From contig CAVPLU010000009.1 of NCBI GenBank assembly GCA_963706285.1, positions 1 to 64,000 on the forward strand: DNA of 64,000 nt, given 5' to 3'. The position numbers and the translations under genes are program-made. This DNA is from Candidatus Bathyarchaeota archaeon. Its GTDB lineage: Archaea > Thermoproteota > Bathyarchaeia > 40CM-2-53-6. The notes under the pieces are model-generated. The model had not been told where the DNA came from. It made no database searches and was given only the letters and a program-made list of their open reading frames with translations. Below, one piece after another: positions 19,457-30,873 of the stretch; the first letter of the stretch is position 1, and each line of letters starts with the position of its first letter.

Positions 19457-20107
19457 TTGGTTTCGGTGATGATAGAGATTCTTGGGTTTTCAGGTAGTCC
19501 TCGCAAGGGAGGAAACACTGATCAATGTTTACAGGAAGCTTTGCGAGCATGTTCGGAGAAATGTAGAATCGAACTCGTGAGTTTGGCGAATTTGGAGATT
19601 GCTGAGTGTGACGGTTGTAATCGTTGTAAGAAGGAAGGAACAAGGAAGCTTCCCTGCCCAGCACATGACGATGATATGACTCCGCTCTATGCAAAATTGG
19701 CCTCAGCGGACGGATTCCTCTTCGCTAGTCCTGTGTACTATGGTTCTGTAACCGGAATCATGAAGGTGTTCATGGACAGGTTTCTTCCCTTCTACGATGA
19801 ATCAGACTCAGAAAGTGAACTGAAAGGCGCACTCAGATTCAAGCCTGCAGGAGCAATCGCTGTCGGTGGAGGAAGAAACGACGGGATCGAAGCAACCCTC
19901 TACACGCTCCACAGATTCTTCCTCTTCAATGACATGGTAGTCGTGGGCACGGCCGGGTACTCTGATTCCGCCTCCAATCTTGGAGGAACCATCGTCTCTG
20001 ACAGCAAACCTGACGTGCTAACACGGGATGCTCTCGGAAAGAGCACTCTCAGAGCATTAGGAAGTAAGGTTTCGTTGACAGCAGAAAAACTCGCCAATCT
20101 GAGGTAG
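19457..20107 (+). CDS. Iron-sulfur flavoprotein / flavodoxin family protein
   Basis: GSPRKGGNT, CDGCNRC...C, ASPVYYGSV, VGGGRNDGIE. Confidence 0.9.
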   Translation: MVSVMIEILGFSGSPRKGGNTDQCLQEALRACSEKCRIELVSLANLEIAECDGCNRCKKEGTRKLPCPAHDDDMTPLYAKLASADGFLFASPVYYGSVTGIMKVFMDRFLPFYDESDSESELKGALRFKPAGAIAVGGGRNDGIEATLYTLHRFFLFNDMVVVGTAGYSDSASNLGGTIVSDSKPDVLTRDALGKSTLRALGSKVSLTAEKLANLR

Positions 20108-20119
20108 CAGTCGCTTCTA

Positions 20120-22058
20120 CTACGCTGAAGGGCTAGAAGGTAGACTGTATTTTCGGTTTTGATGTTCGAGTATCACTAGACCAACGACAGCCATGCCCGT
20201 GAGGGTTGCGAGGATGAGAAGTGCTATGAGCCATATCGGCAGGATCGTGAGGAGGCTCACGGAAGTCTGAGGTGACGTGTAGTTTGTGCTCTTCGCCTCA
20301 GCTGATATTGTGTGTGAACCGGCTTCGTTCAGTTCGAGCGCAAGAACTGCTCTCGCTTCGCCGTTGCTGTCAGTCTGGACGACCGCCCTCTGGACTTTGT
20401 CTACGTAGATGACGATACTGACACCAGCCAAAGGCTTCCCGTTTGTATCCATCACAGATATCTCGACAGGCACGTTATCGGTGGTCGAGATTCTGGGAGC
20501 CGATATCGCCATCGTAATCTTTGCGGGTTTGATACTCACGGTGAATTCCGCGGAAGTCGGATAATACGACGTGCTTCCAGATTTTCCTCCGGCGTATACG
20601 AAGCGTGCTTTGTATTCGCCTGCGGGATAGTCTAGATCAACTTGGTAAGAGATCGTGCCCTGCTGATCAGTAGTCTCGGTCCCTATCGTTTGCCATTGCC
20701 CCGTGGTCGAGTTGAAGATTTCAAGCTCCACCGGTTGGCTGACTATCAATGCTCCTTTTCCGTCTGTGAGCGTTCCCGACAAGACGATAGGTTGAGCGTA
20801 TGAACCACTGAAGAGCGCTTTCAGTTGGTTTCAGGTTAGCGTTTGACAGTGCGCCGGTCAGTTCTTGTGTCGAATAAATTACGTTCACAGCGGAACCGCT
20901 GCTCTGGAATGCGAGAAAGATGTTGTTGACTGGGTCGCGAAATGTGCTTCCGACTGCGAAGGCGGCGCTGTTGAAGTCTTCAGGTAGGGCTTGGCGAGGG
21001 AAGAGGCCTCCTCTGATCGGGTTGACAAGCTTGACGATTCCTCTACCGGAATCCAGCAATTCATCGACATATGACACTATGATCCCGGAGGTGGGCAGAG
21101 GAGCGTCTGCACCGATCTTCTGCCTGTATTCCACAATGTAATACCTGGTCGATGAGACAGGTATGAGGATCGATGAAGCTTGTGGAGATTCCAGAGGATT
21201 CAGACTGAACGAGGAAACAAACACGTTGGGTTCTGGAATGGAAGGAATAATCCATCCGAGCGTGACGGCCCCCCAAGCGCCGATATACGAAGGGGTCTGA
21301 TCATTTTGAGCGCTACAACAGAAGGCACCCGCATCCATCAGCGACCAATACCCAACATAACTTGCACTGGTGGAGGCATCATACAGGTCCGGCAATCCGA
21401 AGAGGTGCCCAGTCTCATGCACGAACGTGCCTAAGCCGTCGAATTCGGATAGGAATGTGACGCATTGAAATGATTTCGAACGAACCATCACCGGCTCCGT
21501 CGGGGAGTAATCTGGAAATGTTGAGCAAGAGGTTGACGACCAGATCTCGCTGGAGAGGGTGTTGCCTCTGCTAGCCGCTTGATCTTGGCCCGCGTGCACG
21601 ATCATGAGATACCTAAAGGAGCCGAGGTCAACTGAAGAAGGTAGGAAGGCGGTTGCGTCTTCTGCAAGCGAAAACAAGTTGATGTCCTGCCCTGGTTCTC
21701 TGCGGTCTCGCCCATAGTAGCCCATCGTGTTGCTTACCGTGTACCAGCCGTAGACTTCCCCGGTAATCGAAGTCTTCCCATAGGAAACCTCGCTGTAGTA
21801 CGTGTTCATTTCGTCAATAGTGAGGCTCTTCATTTGTTCAGGAGTCATCGAGTGTTGAACGTCCTGAAAATCCACGAGTACAACAAGGATTTGCTGAGGG
21901 CCAGTGATTGGATGTTGACCAGAGATGGCCTTGTAGTTGGTTGCAGTCGTGGTGGAGGCTGCTGCTTGGGGGACGGAAGCTGGAGTAAGCCAGATCGACA
22001 TCGAAAACGCTAGCAGAACGAGTAGAAGATAGCCTCGCAGTTTCTGCGTGTCGGACAC
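20120..22058 (-). CDS. Secreted M6-family metalloprotease with Ig-like domains and C-terminal TM anchor (frameshift near 20800)
   Basis: Signal peptide; HETGHLFGLPDLY, WSLMDAG; downstream frame has Ig-like repeats and a TM helix. Confidence 0.85.
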
Positions 22059-22245
22059 TCCCTCGCATTGGGCGCGGGAAACACTACAGGCCTCTTATAG
22101 GCTCTCAGGATGATTCATCCTTATCGTGACGCCCTAATATGAGCCTTGGATGCCTAACGACGGCGATTTTGGAGTCCCAGACAGATCAATCGTCGAGTAC
22201 TCTCGTATTCCGCACGATTTTTCGTATGTGCGACACGGTCAGCGG

Positions 22246-22440
22246 CTATTCTTTCTCGAGTAGGTGCGAAGCTAGCACGATGACGAGGAATCCTACAACG
22301 AATTTGAATGTTGGATTGACTCCTGGATAGAATAGCGACTGCCCCGTAACCCAGCCAAGAGTTCCTTCAGCAATCATCAGTGCACCTAACACAATCGCAA
22401 TCACGCCTGCAACAAAATTGTTCATGCGTTGCTTCTGCAT
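22246..22440 (-). CDS. Small two-TM membrane protein
   Basis: 64 aa, GGAG ribosome-binding site, two hydrophobic segments. Confidence 0.6.
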   Translation of the reverse strand: MQKQRMNNFVAGVIAIVLGALMIAEGTLGWVTGQSLFYPGVNPTFKFVVGFLVIVLASHLLEKE

Positions 22441-22721
22441 ATTGGAACTCCAATTTAGTCGTCCTAGGGGATGCTATTTAGAACTTGGCCTTGGATGATG
22501 CCTAATATTGCATCACTAGACCTCGGCTTCCAATCCAACTTTCAAAACTGAGCGCTACTTTGACCTAGCCTAGCTTGAAAGCAACTTAAACAACTGCGGC
22601 CGACATATGGAAATGCGAGGCGTGTATCGTGAACGCCGAAATTGTATCATTCTTCTACGGCAGTATAACCTCAAGAGATCTCAGTGCCCAGCATCGCATA
22701 CTTGGTCTCAGATCATTTGAG

Positions 22722-23692
22722 ATGACACAAAGCGAAATACTGCTCTTGCAGGAGGGTCAAGTGGTGTTGACATTAGGGGAGGTTCTTTCGCAGGTCTTGC
22801 GGTTAGGGCGAATTAAAGCTGCCATTAGTCGCCTACATGATGTTTCTATTCGGTGCGTTACTTGCCGTCTCGTCAGGCACAGGGTTTGCATTTGATAGGT
22901 TCGCTTGGGGCTCCGCCATTAGTCCTCGCCGCTCTGCTGTCCGTGAACTATGGAAACGACTATTTTGACATCGAAGTTGATCGCTTCAACGATTCTTCTC
23001 CGATTTCCGGAGGCAGCGGAGTACTGCTTGAGAATCCGGAATTGAGAGGTCTTTCAAAATGGATTGCGATCTGTCTGATGGTCATTTCAGTAGTCTTGGC
23101 GACGATTTTCACAGTCCTCTATCGCTTCCCAGGATCATTGGTTGGCCTTGTGATTTTGGGGGACGGTTCGATCTGGTTCTATTCTGCACCGCCCCTGAGG
23201 CTCTCCTACAGGGGGCTGGGGGAGATCACAACGATCTTGGCAGCTGGGCTGTTGCTTCCTTGTTTTGGATATTTCATCATGCTCGGAAGTGTGGACATCA
23301 TGTTCTGGGCCTTCTCCTTTCCGTGCATTCTCTATGCACTTTCTATCATTGTCAGCGTGGAGATGCCTGATATGGAAGGAGACCGGGAAGGCCACAGGGA
23401 CACGCTGGTCGTGCGTATAGGGCGAAGATATGGCTTCGTTCTCATCGCAGCATCAAATGTTGCTGCGACTTTGTACCTTTCTCTAGCGTCTAGGTTGAAT
23501 CTGGCACGTGGATCAATAGATTTGGCTCTCGTTGCGATCTTCTCTCTTCTGCCACTGGCTACGGGGGTTCTCGGATTGTTGAAGAGACCTGAGGATAGGA
23601 AATCGGCTACTAGAGTAGCGACGCTTAACGTCTACGCAATCTCGTCGATGCTATTGCTGATTGACTGCTATTTCATTTTGACTCTGACGTGA
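22722..23692 (+). CDS. UbiA/MenA-like prenyltransferase (5' part frameshifted)
   Basis: NDYFDIEVD...SGGSGVL, YSAPPLRLSYRGLGE, EMPDMEGDREG. Confidence 0.85.
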
Positions 23693-23952
23693 TATGATGT
23701 TCTACAAGCGCGTTTTTCGCAGCGACAATATGGCAGAGCTAGAAACGTTCTGATACCTCTCGCTGTATCTCTGACTTGAGGCAGCAGGAGGATGCTGACT
23801 GACCAGGAGATTCTGAGGTTCCAGATGTTCGCGTAGCAGTACTAGTGGAGCGTGTACGCATTGGAGAGTGCAATGCGAGCTAGGCACGATAGGATGTGCA
23901 ACCCAACTCGGACTTGGCTTTATTAGCTGTTCCAGCGAGTAGGTTGAATTTG

Positions 23953-24372
23953 ATGATTCAATTGGATATTAAGAGAATAGTTGTCTCAGGAATCGCTGCA
24001 GGATTTGTCATTCTGGTAATTTCGACTTTGATCAGTACTGCAGCACAAGCACTGTTCAACTACAATGTGCTGGATCTCGCGGGCATGCGCTCAGTCAATG
24101 ACCCAATAAGTATACTATTCTTCTTACACCCCTTCGTTGTCGCGTTAGGATTGGCAATACTCTACGATTATGCTAGGAAGAGCTTCACGCGAAGTGCGAT
24201 GCGGAATGGAATCACATTGGGACTGCTTGGATGGGTTGTCTACGGCATTCCATCAGCATTCATAGTATTCAGCAGCATGAGCTATCCAATCGGCTTCACG
24301 GTAAGTTCCGTGGTTGGATCACTCGTTTTCATGGTCTGTGCGGGAATTACGATCACAAGGCTATCCAAGTAG
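23953..24372 (+). CDS. Four-TM membrane protein
   Basis: Hydrophobic ORF; ATG after AGGTTG. Confidence 0.7.
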   Translation: MIQLDIKRIVVSGIAAGFVILVISTLISTAAQALFNYNVLDLAGMRSVNDPISILFFLHPFVVALGLAILYDYARKSFTRSAMRNGITLGLLGWVVYGIPSAFIVFSSMSYPIGFTVSSVVGSLVFMVCAGITITRLSK

Positions 24373-24584
24373 TATCGCGCACGAAAACTGACAGTTCGAA
24401 TTCCTGACATGCGCGAAGCTCGGGTCGATGAAAGGATTCTCATGCCTGTTGCTGGAGCTGTAGTGCAAAGTAGGCTGCAAGACCAACCCAAGATGAGACT
24501 TCGAACCAACCATCGTATTCCAAGTGGCACAAGATACTGTGTCAACTGTGGGATCGCGTTGACCTTGCGATGCAGTATTCTGCT

Positions 24585-24842
24585 CTAAATGTGGAACAAG
24601 GCAGCCGCCCTGACAGCCTCCCTAGAAGTGAGTATCACTGACGGTACTCTTGATTTTCTGGCTTTCTGGGCTACAGCAGCTTTTCTGCTTGCGAAGAGCA
24701 TAAGGAAGATGCCCAGTAGCCCTATGGCGCTCGCGACGTTGGTGGTCGCTTCTCCTAAGATGCGTCCGTCTATCATGATAATGACTCCTGTCGCAACCAA
24801 TACTGCTGGTACTCCAAGCAACAGGTAATCCCACTTCTTCAT
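24585..24842 (-). CDS. Small membrane protein
   Basis: Two TM segments; GGAG ribosome-binding site. Confidence 0.55.
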   Translation of the reverse strand: MKKWDYLLLGVPAVLVATGVIIMIDGRILGEATTNVASAIGLLGIFLMLFASRKAAVAQKARKSRVPSVILTSREAVRAAALFHI

Positions 24843-25023
24843 TCCGATCTACTGCTCCGTACACTGTGCACGCGTGTCATATCAATAGCGGTAGAATGCT
24901 TTGGAACAACTTCTGGAGCAAGGATGAGGTAGAGCGGTCTGCTGCTACTGAACGCACGACGCATATCATGATCAATAACAATCTTCAAGAATATGTGGGA
25001 AACACTGTGGGGCCGAATCTTGA

Positions 25024-25573
25024 ATGAACGTTCACATACCGGAGAAGATTTTCCTCACAAAGGGTGTGGGCACCCACAAGGAAAGACTGGCAAGTTTCGA
25101 ATTGGCTCTTCGCGACGCAGGCATAGCCTCCTGTAACTTAGTCTACGTGTCAAGCATCTTGCCTCCAAACTGCACCGTATTGTCGAAGAACGAGGGCTTG
25201 GCGGCTTTTGAAACCCGGTCAGATACTGTTCTGCGTGATGAGTCGAATTGACACGAATGAGCCGAACAGGTTGATGGCTGCCGCGATAGGGATGGCAATG
25301 CCGTACGACAGGACATTGTACGGTTACCTTTCTGAACACAAATCGTACGGTCACACTCAGGAGAAAGCTGGTGACTATGCAGAGGATCTGGCTGCTTCAA
25401 TGCTTGCGTCGACACATGGCGTGTCGTTTGATGTTGACAATGCTTGGGACATCAAACAAGAGATATGGAACATATCAGGCAAGAGGGTTACTACGAGAAA
25501 CATCTGCCAATCAGTGGAAGGTAACAAAGACGGACAGTGGACGACAGCAATCGCTGTTGCAGTAATGATCTAG
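25024..25573 (+). CDS. pdaD: Pyruvoyl-dependent arginine decarboxylase (frameshift near 25205)
   Basis: [25 protein letters not shown] with the SS self-cleavage site; YGYLSEH; [10 protein letters not shown]. Confidence 0.9.
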
Positions 25574-25580
25574 TCTAATT

Positions 25581-26321
25581 TCAGTCATACTCGGTTTCTT
25601 GTATGAAAGCGCCGTGCCAGGAGTGATACCAAACCTGTCCGGTGTTCGCGTTTACGCTGACCATTCCAGCAATCTTGCCGTTGACAGTGAAGTCGAACGT
25701 GTAGTAGCCGTAGAATTGCGTCCCCATCTCAACCTTCGCATTATCAGAGTTGCTATCTAGGTACTGCTGTACAAGCTGTGAGGCTTTGTCGTTCGAGATC
25801 GTGGCTGCCGACGATGCCTGATTCGAGACACCCATTATGCCATTGTTCATGGGGCTGTACTTGGAGTTCCACATCATGTTAGGCCCCGGCTCCGGCGTGA
25901 TGACGCCCACTGCCCCGTAGCCACTCATCATGCCTCCCATCCCCGTGCCTCCGCCCATCATTCCCTCGGAAGGTACTTGCTTCCAGACTAGCATCTCGAA
26001 GGCGCCGCGACCAGTATCCTTCTCGTAATAGATGATGTAGAAGTTGTACTGAAACTCCATGATCTCTTTGATCGCAAGGTTAGGATTATTCAAAGACACA
26101 AGATATTGCTGCGCGGTAGTTTTTGCCTCGTCAAGAGTCACAGGTGCAGGCGGTACAGTCTGACCTTGTCCAGACCATGGACCCATCATTCCAGGATTCC
26201 ATGGCGATCCAGGACCCTGCGCTGTCGTGTTGGACCAAACGAAGCCCGCGTAAAGTGGATAGGCGAGTAGCCCAAGGATTCCAATCACGATCATGGCCAG
26301 CCCAGTTGTGCGCCTATCCAA
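25581..26321 (-). CDS. Met/Gly-rich exported protein with PepSY-like region
   Basis: N-terminal TM; GMMG repeats; EPGPNMMWNSKY; GMVSVNANTGQVWYHSWHG. Confidence 0.75.
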   Translation of the reverse strand: MDRRTTGLAMIVIGILGLLAYPLYAGFVWSNTTAQGPGSPWNPGMMGPWSGQGQTVPPAPVTLDEAKTTAQQYLVSLNNPNLAIKEIMEFQYNFYIIYYEKDTGRGAFEMLVWKQVPSEGMMGGGTGMGGMMSGYGAVGVITPEPGPNMMWNSKYSPMNNGIMGVSNQASSAATISNDKASQLVQQYLDSNSDNAKVEMGTQFYGYYTFDFTVNGKIAGMVSVNANTGQVWYHSWHGAFIQETEYD

Positions 26322-26327
26322 GGTGAA

Positions 26328-26696
26328 TCACTTCTTGGTGAGGTTTGCCTTCATCTCAAGGTACTGTTCTTTCGTTATCTCGCCCTTAGCATAACGCTCG
26401 TCCAGAATAGCGAGCGCCTTGTCGCCCTCAACGGGTTCCTTTCGAGAGGTGAGCCACAAGTACGCTCCCACAATTATGAGCACTATGAAGAGAAGCGGAA
26501 TGAGCATTCCAGCAAGCATGAAACCCCAGCCCATCCCATACGGGTAGCCCCATCCTCCCATCATTCCTCTGCCCATCATTCCTCTTCCCATCATGGACCC
26601 CCACATCGACATCCCAAACATGGGAATAATGACTAGAAGCCCAATCAGCAGCAACACTACAACCACAACTACGCCGGTACCAGATCTTCCATTCAT
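26328..26696 (-). CDS. SHOCT-domain membrane protein
   Basis: GMMG repeats; ALAILDERYAKGEITKEQY. Confidence 0.85.
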   Translation of the reverse strand: MNGRSGTGVVVVVVLLLIGLLVIIPMFGMSMWGSMMGRGMMGRGMMGGWGYPYGMGWGFMLAGMLIPLLFIVLIIVGAYLWLTSRKEPVEGDKALAILDERYAKGEITKEQYLEMKANLTKK

Positions 26697-26924
26697 GGAT
26701 TATCACTTAACTTGAATAGTGTCCTCTATCGGGCGAGAATAAGGGTTTGTCAAACGAAATCTCGGTATCTCATGAAGTTAGGTTTTCAATAGACAATGTT
26801 TCGCCCACATGTCTTCTCGCAGAGCGAAGCTTTCACATTGCCCTCTTGGTCATTAGAAAGGCGCTCGATCTCCGCACTCACACGCAACAAGGAAGTATGA
26901 AGAACCAGCAGTGTCGCGCGGTGT

Positions 26925-27392
26925 CTATTCTACGACAAACTGGCCTGCCATGCCTAGGTCTCTATGGCCAGGTACTGAGCAATAGTACGTGAATGTTCCA
27001 GTCTTATCAGCCGTGAATACTATGCTGTCAGATTGGCCTGAGGTCAGTACCTTCGTCTTTATGTTGTATCCTTCCAGTGTGAAGTCGTGGGGTTGTATGC
27101 CGCTATTTATGAGGGTCACATTGACTACATCGCCCTTCTTGACGTGTAGGGTTGGGTTATTCTGCGAGTTGTAGACGAACGCGAACGGAGTCTTGCTATC
27201 TTGCACCGTGAATGTGAACTCCACCGTCGGGGACTGCACAGCAGAGGATGACGCGCTCGTGGGTGCGGTACTCGTCTGGTTGTTCACTTGAGCTGTAATG
27301 CTTGGCTGATAGTACCAAACGATGCCGGCAACGGCGATTACTGCAAGGATGATGCCAGCGGTGATATCTAACTTATCGATATCGTAGTTCAC
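26925..27392 (-). CDS. Membrane-anchored cupredoxin
   Basis: PHDF...YYCSVPGHRDLGM type-1 copper ligands. Confidence 0.88.
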   Translation of the reverse strand: MNYDIDKLDITAGIILAVIAVAGIVWYYQPSITAQVNNQTSTAPTSASSSAVQSPTVEFTFTVQDSKTPFAFVYNSQNNPTLHVKKGDVVNVTLINSGIQPHDFTLEGYNIKTKVLTSGQSDSIVFTADKTGTFTYYCSVPGHRDLGMAGQFVVE

Positions 27393-27624
27393 CTAGTTCA
27401 CCTCAGTTCTCTTGCGTATAGCTGCAGGCAGAGGAGTGGATGGCACTTGATAAAGAGCTAGGATGCTGAGGCAGCCTCTCTTCCATCAAAGAAAGAGTAG
27501 AGCTGAAAGACGAGAATTGGGTCATTTCATGTGGAAGTCTGCATGTGCAATTATGGCATGATTGGTTGTGGCTTTCTTGTGGGGTGCACACAAAATGACT
27601 AAACGACAGAATGACTAAACCTGC

Positions 27625-27735
27625 GGTTCAAATATTAATGCTCGCGCTAAGTGTACTGTGTGTGGGTCATATGACGCGCACACGTTCTCTTGGTGCGGGC
27701 GTCCGGATTTGAACTTTGATTGTGTGTGCGCACTC
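27625..27735. repeat. Inverted pair of tRNA-3'-like repeats plus a truncated variant
   Basis: Plus-sense 27625-27656 GGTTCAAATATTAATGCTCGCGCTAAGTGTAC; minus-sense 27691-27714 TGGTGCGGGCGTCCGGATTTGAAC; 27721-27735 TGTGTGTGCGCACTC. Confidence 0.85.
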
Positions 27736-27932
27736 GTCTGCCCCCACACAGAAATCGCGCCTCCGAGCCAACGTCGCCTAATTCATTTCCTTTCCAATTC
27801 CCTTGTCCTAGACGAGGAAAATGATTCTTCAAATACGGAAAGATAGGAATAATTTGCGACTTGGCAAAACAAAGATGTATAGTCAGGCCTCAGCCGATAT
27901 CAGCAGTGTCTGATAGAGGAATAACACTGTTG

Positions 27933-28436
27933 ATGAAGCTCTTGGAACAGGATCTAGTAATCACGCGCATCTTTGACGCTCCGCGCGATCTCGTATGGAA
28001 GGCATGGGCTGATCCTGAGAAGATAAAGCGCTGGTGGGGACCGGAGAGTTTCACGGTGCCTTTCTGCAGGATCGATCTCCGGGTAGGAGGCTAGTATCTG
28101 AACTGCATGCGATCGCCCGAACTCGGCGACTTCTGGAGCAAAGGCGTATTCCGTGAAATCGTTGCGCCGGAGCGACTCGTCATGACAGATTCCTTCGCGG
28201 ATAAGGAAGGCAACATGGTCCCGGCTTCACACTACGGAATGAGTGGAGATTGGCCTCTTGAAATGTTGGTGACGGTGAGTTTCGAAGAACATGAAGGCAA
28301 GACGAAGATCACTCTGAAGCCATCCGGCATAGATGGCATCACCGCCACTGATCGTATTAATATGCAGCAGGGCTGGAACGAATCATTTGATAAGCTCGCG
28401 GAGTACTTGGAATTATCTGGCTTGAGGGAGATGTAA
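27933..28436 (+). pseudogene. SRPBCC/AHSA1 protein with an in-frame TAG at 28092
   Basis: LVITRIFDAPRDLVWKAW...DLRVGG*YLNCMRSP...GWNESFDKL. Confidence 0.8.
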
Positions 28437-28442
28437 GCTCAC

Positions 28443-28820
28443 ATGGATAGAACGATTGTGCATTTCGAGATTCCTGCCAAGGATCCCGCGAAACTTTCTC
28501 AGTTCTATTCGAAACTGTTTGGGTGGAGCTTTGATAAGTGGGAAGGTTCAGGTGCTGGGATGGATTATTGGACGATCAAGACCCGTGAGAAGGATGACAG
28601 TGTCGGGGTTGATGGTGGAATGATGGCGAAGACGGACCCGAACCAGACCCCGCTCAACTACGTGCTCGGTGAATCGGTTGACGAGTTCAGCAAGAAACTA
28701 GTCGAACTCGGCGGGAAGATAATCATGGCGAAAACCGAGATACCTAACATGGGCCACTTTGCCGTAGCCTTGGACCCGGAAGGAAACGGCTTCGGCATCT
28801 TCGAAACAAAAGGCCAGTAA
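28443..28820 (+). CDS. VOC/glyoxalase family protein
   Basis: IVHFEIPA...FYSKLFGW...DPEGNGFGIFE. Confidence 0.9.
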   Translation: MDRTIVHFEIPAKDPAKLSQFYSKLFGWSFDKWEGSGAGMDYWTIKTREKDDSVGVDGGMMAKTDPNQTPLNYVLGESVDEFSKKLVELGGKIIMAKTEIPNMGHFAVALDPEGNGFGIFETKGQ

Positions 28821-28856
28821 GAAGTGCCAGACATACCAGTGAGGATTGGTGGAATC

Positions 28857-29269
28857 ATGCTGTCTAAGGCCGCTTTCGCGACCTCAGTCCCAATAAGAAA
28901 CATGGACAGAGCCATAAGATTCTACACCCGTACCCTTGGAGGCTCGCTGAATATGCGAGCCCAAGGTGAAATGAAGAACTACTGGGCTTCGGTAAATGTG
29001 GGTAAGGAAGAGTTTTGGCTGGTCAAACCCGAAAAACGTGAGAAGAGGGATCTCGCGTATTCAACATTCATCGTTAAAGACATCAAGAAAACAGTGGTCA
29101 GTTGAAGCGTAAAGGAGTGAAGTTTCTCCGCGCCGAAAAGATGGGGTCTGACTCAAGAATAGATGGGCCAATATCGTACACGCCTTACGGAGCTGGTGCT
29201 TTCTTCAAAGATTCCGAAGGCAACTTAGCCGCGATATGGGAGAACAAGATTCCTTTCCCTTCTAGGTAA
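28857..29269 (+). CDS. VOC/glyoxalase family protein (frameshift near 29100)
   Basis: IRNMDRAIRFYTRTLG...; shifted frame LKRKGVKF...FFKDSEGNLAAIWE. Confidence 0.8.
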
Positions 29270-29372
29270 CCTTGGGCGAGAGGACTATCAGGGTCGCCTT
29301 TACGCTCTAGGAGTGCTTGCGGAGAGCGCACTCCGCATGTCGCGGTGGGAACTTTCTAAGACGCAGACCTGC

Positions 29373-30506
29373 CTACAATCCAAACCAGCGCCTCCGGCGG
29401 CTGGATCCAAAGTACTGTTTATCATTGGCAAGGGCGGCGGAAGGTCCCTCGAAGCCCCCCGTGGGCACAGGCCCTGAAAGGAAGTCCACGTCCACGCGCC
29501 CGACGTTACCCCCCCCAAATTCGACGTAGCAGGAACCTGCCCCGGAGTAGGGCGGGGGCTGTTCGCCGCCCTTCACATTTGCGATCAGGGCGGCTGCCAC
29601 CACGCGCGCTGCTCCTTCGGAGAATACGCCCGCCTTTGGCGTTCCAACACTCGTCACGTCACCTATCGCGTACACGCCGGGAAAGCGCGTTTTGAGTGTC
29701 TTGGGATCCACCGGGATCCAGCCGCCCTCGGTCATGCCGCTTTCCGCAACCACGTCTGGGACGCGGTGCTTGGGGATGCCGAGGAACAAGTCGTAGGGCA
29801 TCTCGCTGGCATCGTCGAGGATGGCAACTCTGCGCCCTGGGTCGAGGGCGCGCACAAGCCGGTTGGGGATGAAGGTGATGCCCCGCTCGGCGAAGGCTCT
29901 GAGTAACGCCCGGGAAGAGGCGGGCGAAGGGGGGATTGGAGCGCCGAACGGCATAACCAGGCTGATCTCGCAGGCGTCGCGTACTCCATGTGCGCTGAGG
30001 TGATCGTGCAGCAATAACGCCGCTTCGCTCGGCGCGGGCGGGCACTTGAAGGGCGTTGAGGTTACCCCGACGATGGCGCGACCTTTGGTGAAGGTGGGGA
30101 GTACCTCCCGCAGGCGTTCAGCTCCGGCGAAGGAGTAGAATTCGTTGCCGCCTTCCCTCAGCCCCGGTGTAGCCTCTAGGTCATAGTCGGCACCCAGCGC
30201 CACCACCAGCACATCGGCCTCGTGAGTTCCGCGGTCGGTGGTAACGACTCGCCTCTGGGGGTCGATACCGGTAATCGTTTCCTGGCGGAAACGCACGCCT
30301 GGCTTGTCGATGGCACTGTAGGCGAAACGCACGGCTTCGGATGTCTTGCGTCCGAACATCACATCAAGCTTTGAAAAGCCGAAGAAAAAGGAATCATTCT
30401 TGTCGATCAGGGTAAGATCGAGGCGGTCGGGGAGCGCCTCCGACAACATCGCGCTCACTTCGAATCCGCCGAAACCCGCACCTAGGACAACCACGCGTAG
30501 TTTCAT
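29373..30506 (-). CDS. sqr: Sulfide:quinone oxidoreductase-like FAD-dependent oxidoreductase
   Basis: GAGFGG, FKCPPAPSE, YAIGD, PKAGVF, CYVEFG; visibly GC-rich. Confidence 0.8.
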   Translation of the reverse strand: MKLRVVVLGAGFGGFEVSAMLSEALPDRLDLTLIDKNDSFFFGFSKLDVMFGRKTSEAVRFAYSAIDKPGVRFRQETITGIDPQRRVVTTDRGTHEADVLVVALGADYDLEATPGLREGGNEFYSFAGAERLREVLPTFTKGRAIVGVTSTPFKCPPAPSEAALLLHDHLSAHGVRDACEISLVMPFGAPIPPSPASSRALLRAFAERGITFIPNRLVRALDPGRRVAILDDASEMPYDLFLGIPKHRVPDVVAESGMTEGGWIPVDPKTLKTRFPGVYAIGDVTSVGTPKAGVFSEGAARVVAAALIANVKGGEQPPPYSGAGSCYVEFGGGNVGRVDVDFLSGPVPTGGFEGPSAALANDKQYFGSSRRRRWFGL

Positions 30507-30873
30507 AATTTACCCCCGATTAGATTGATTTGATTTGGTTGCACAGTATAAGACTAACTTTCCTAAGATGCAAATCCATAATTCTGTACTGTTGTTCAGC
30601 GAAATTGCTGTCATCTGATTGTCCGGCAAGATTCATGCATCTGCTGAAATCAGTGCTTCTGTCTTCACCAATCCTCAATTCTGGTTGCCCCATTCAATGC
30701 GGATGAATCTTGGATGGGGATGTGCACAGAGACAGTCGTCGTCCGTCGCTCTTGGATTTCTGTGTGTCTGAACACCAGACTAATCGATGACGATTACGAT
30801 TCACCGTTTCAGGTTTTAGTCGTAAACTGGCCAAAAGTCACGCTTAGTAGAGATCACGATTAGGATACTTGGC

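Noticed and set aside
28092-28094. Pyrrolysine or amber read-through in the SRPBCC gene
   Set aside because: TAG is used as a normal stop throughout the window and no pyl genes are seen; a point mutation or error is simpler
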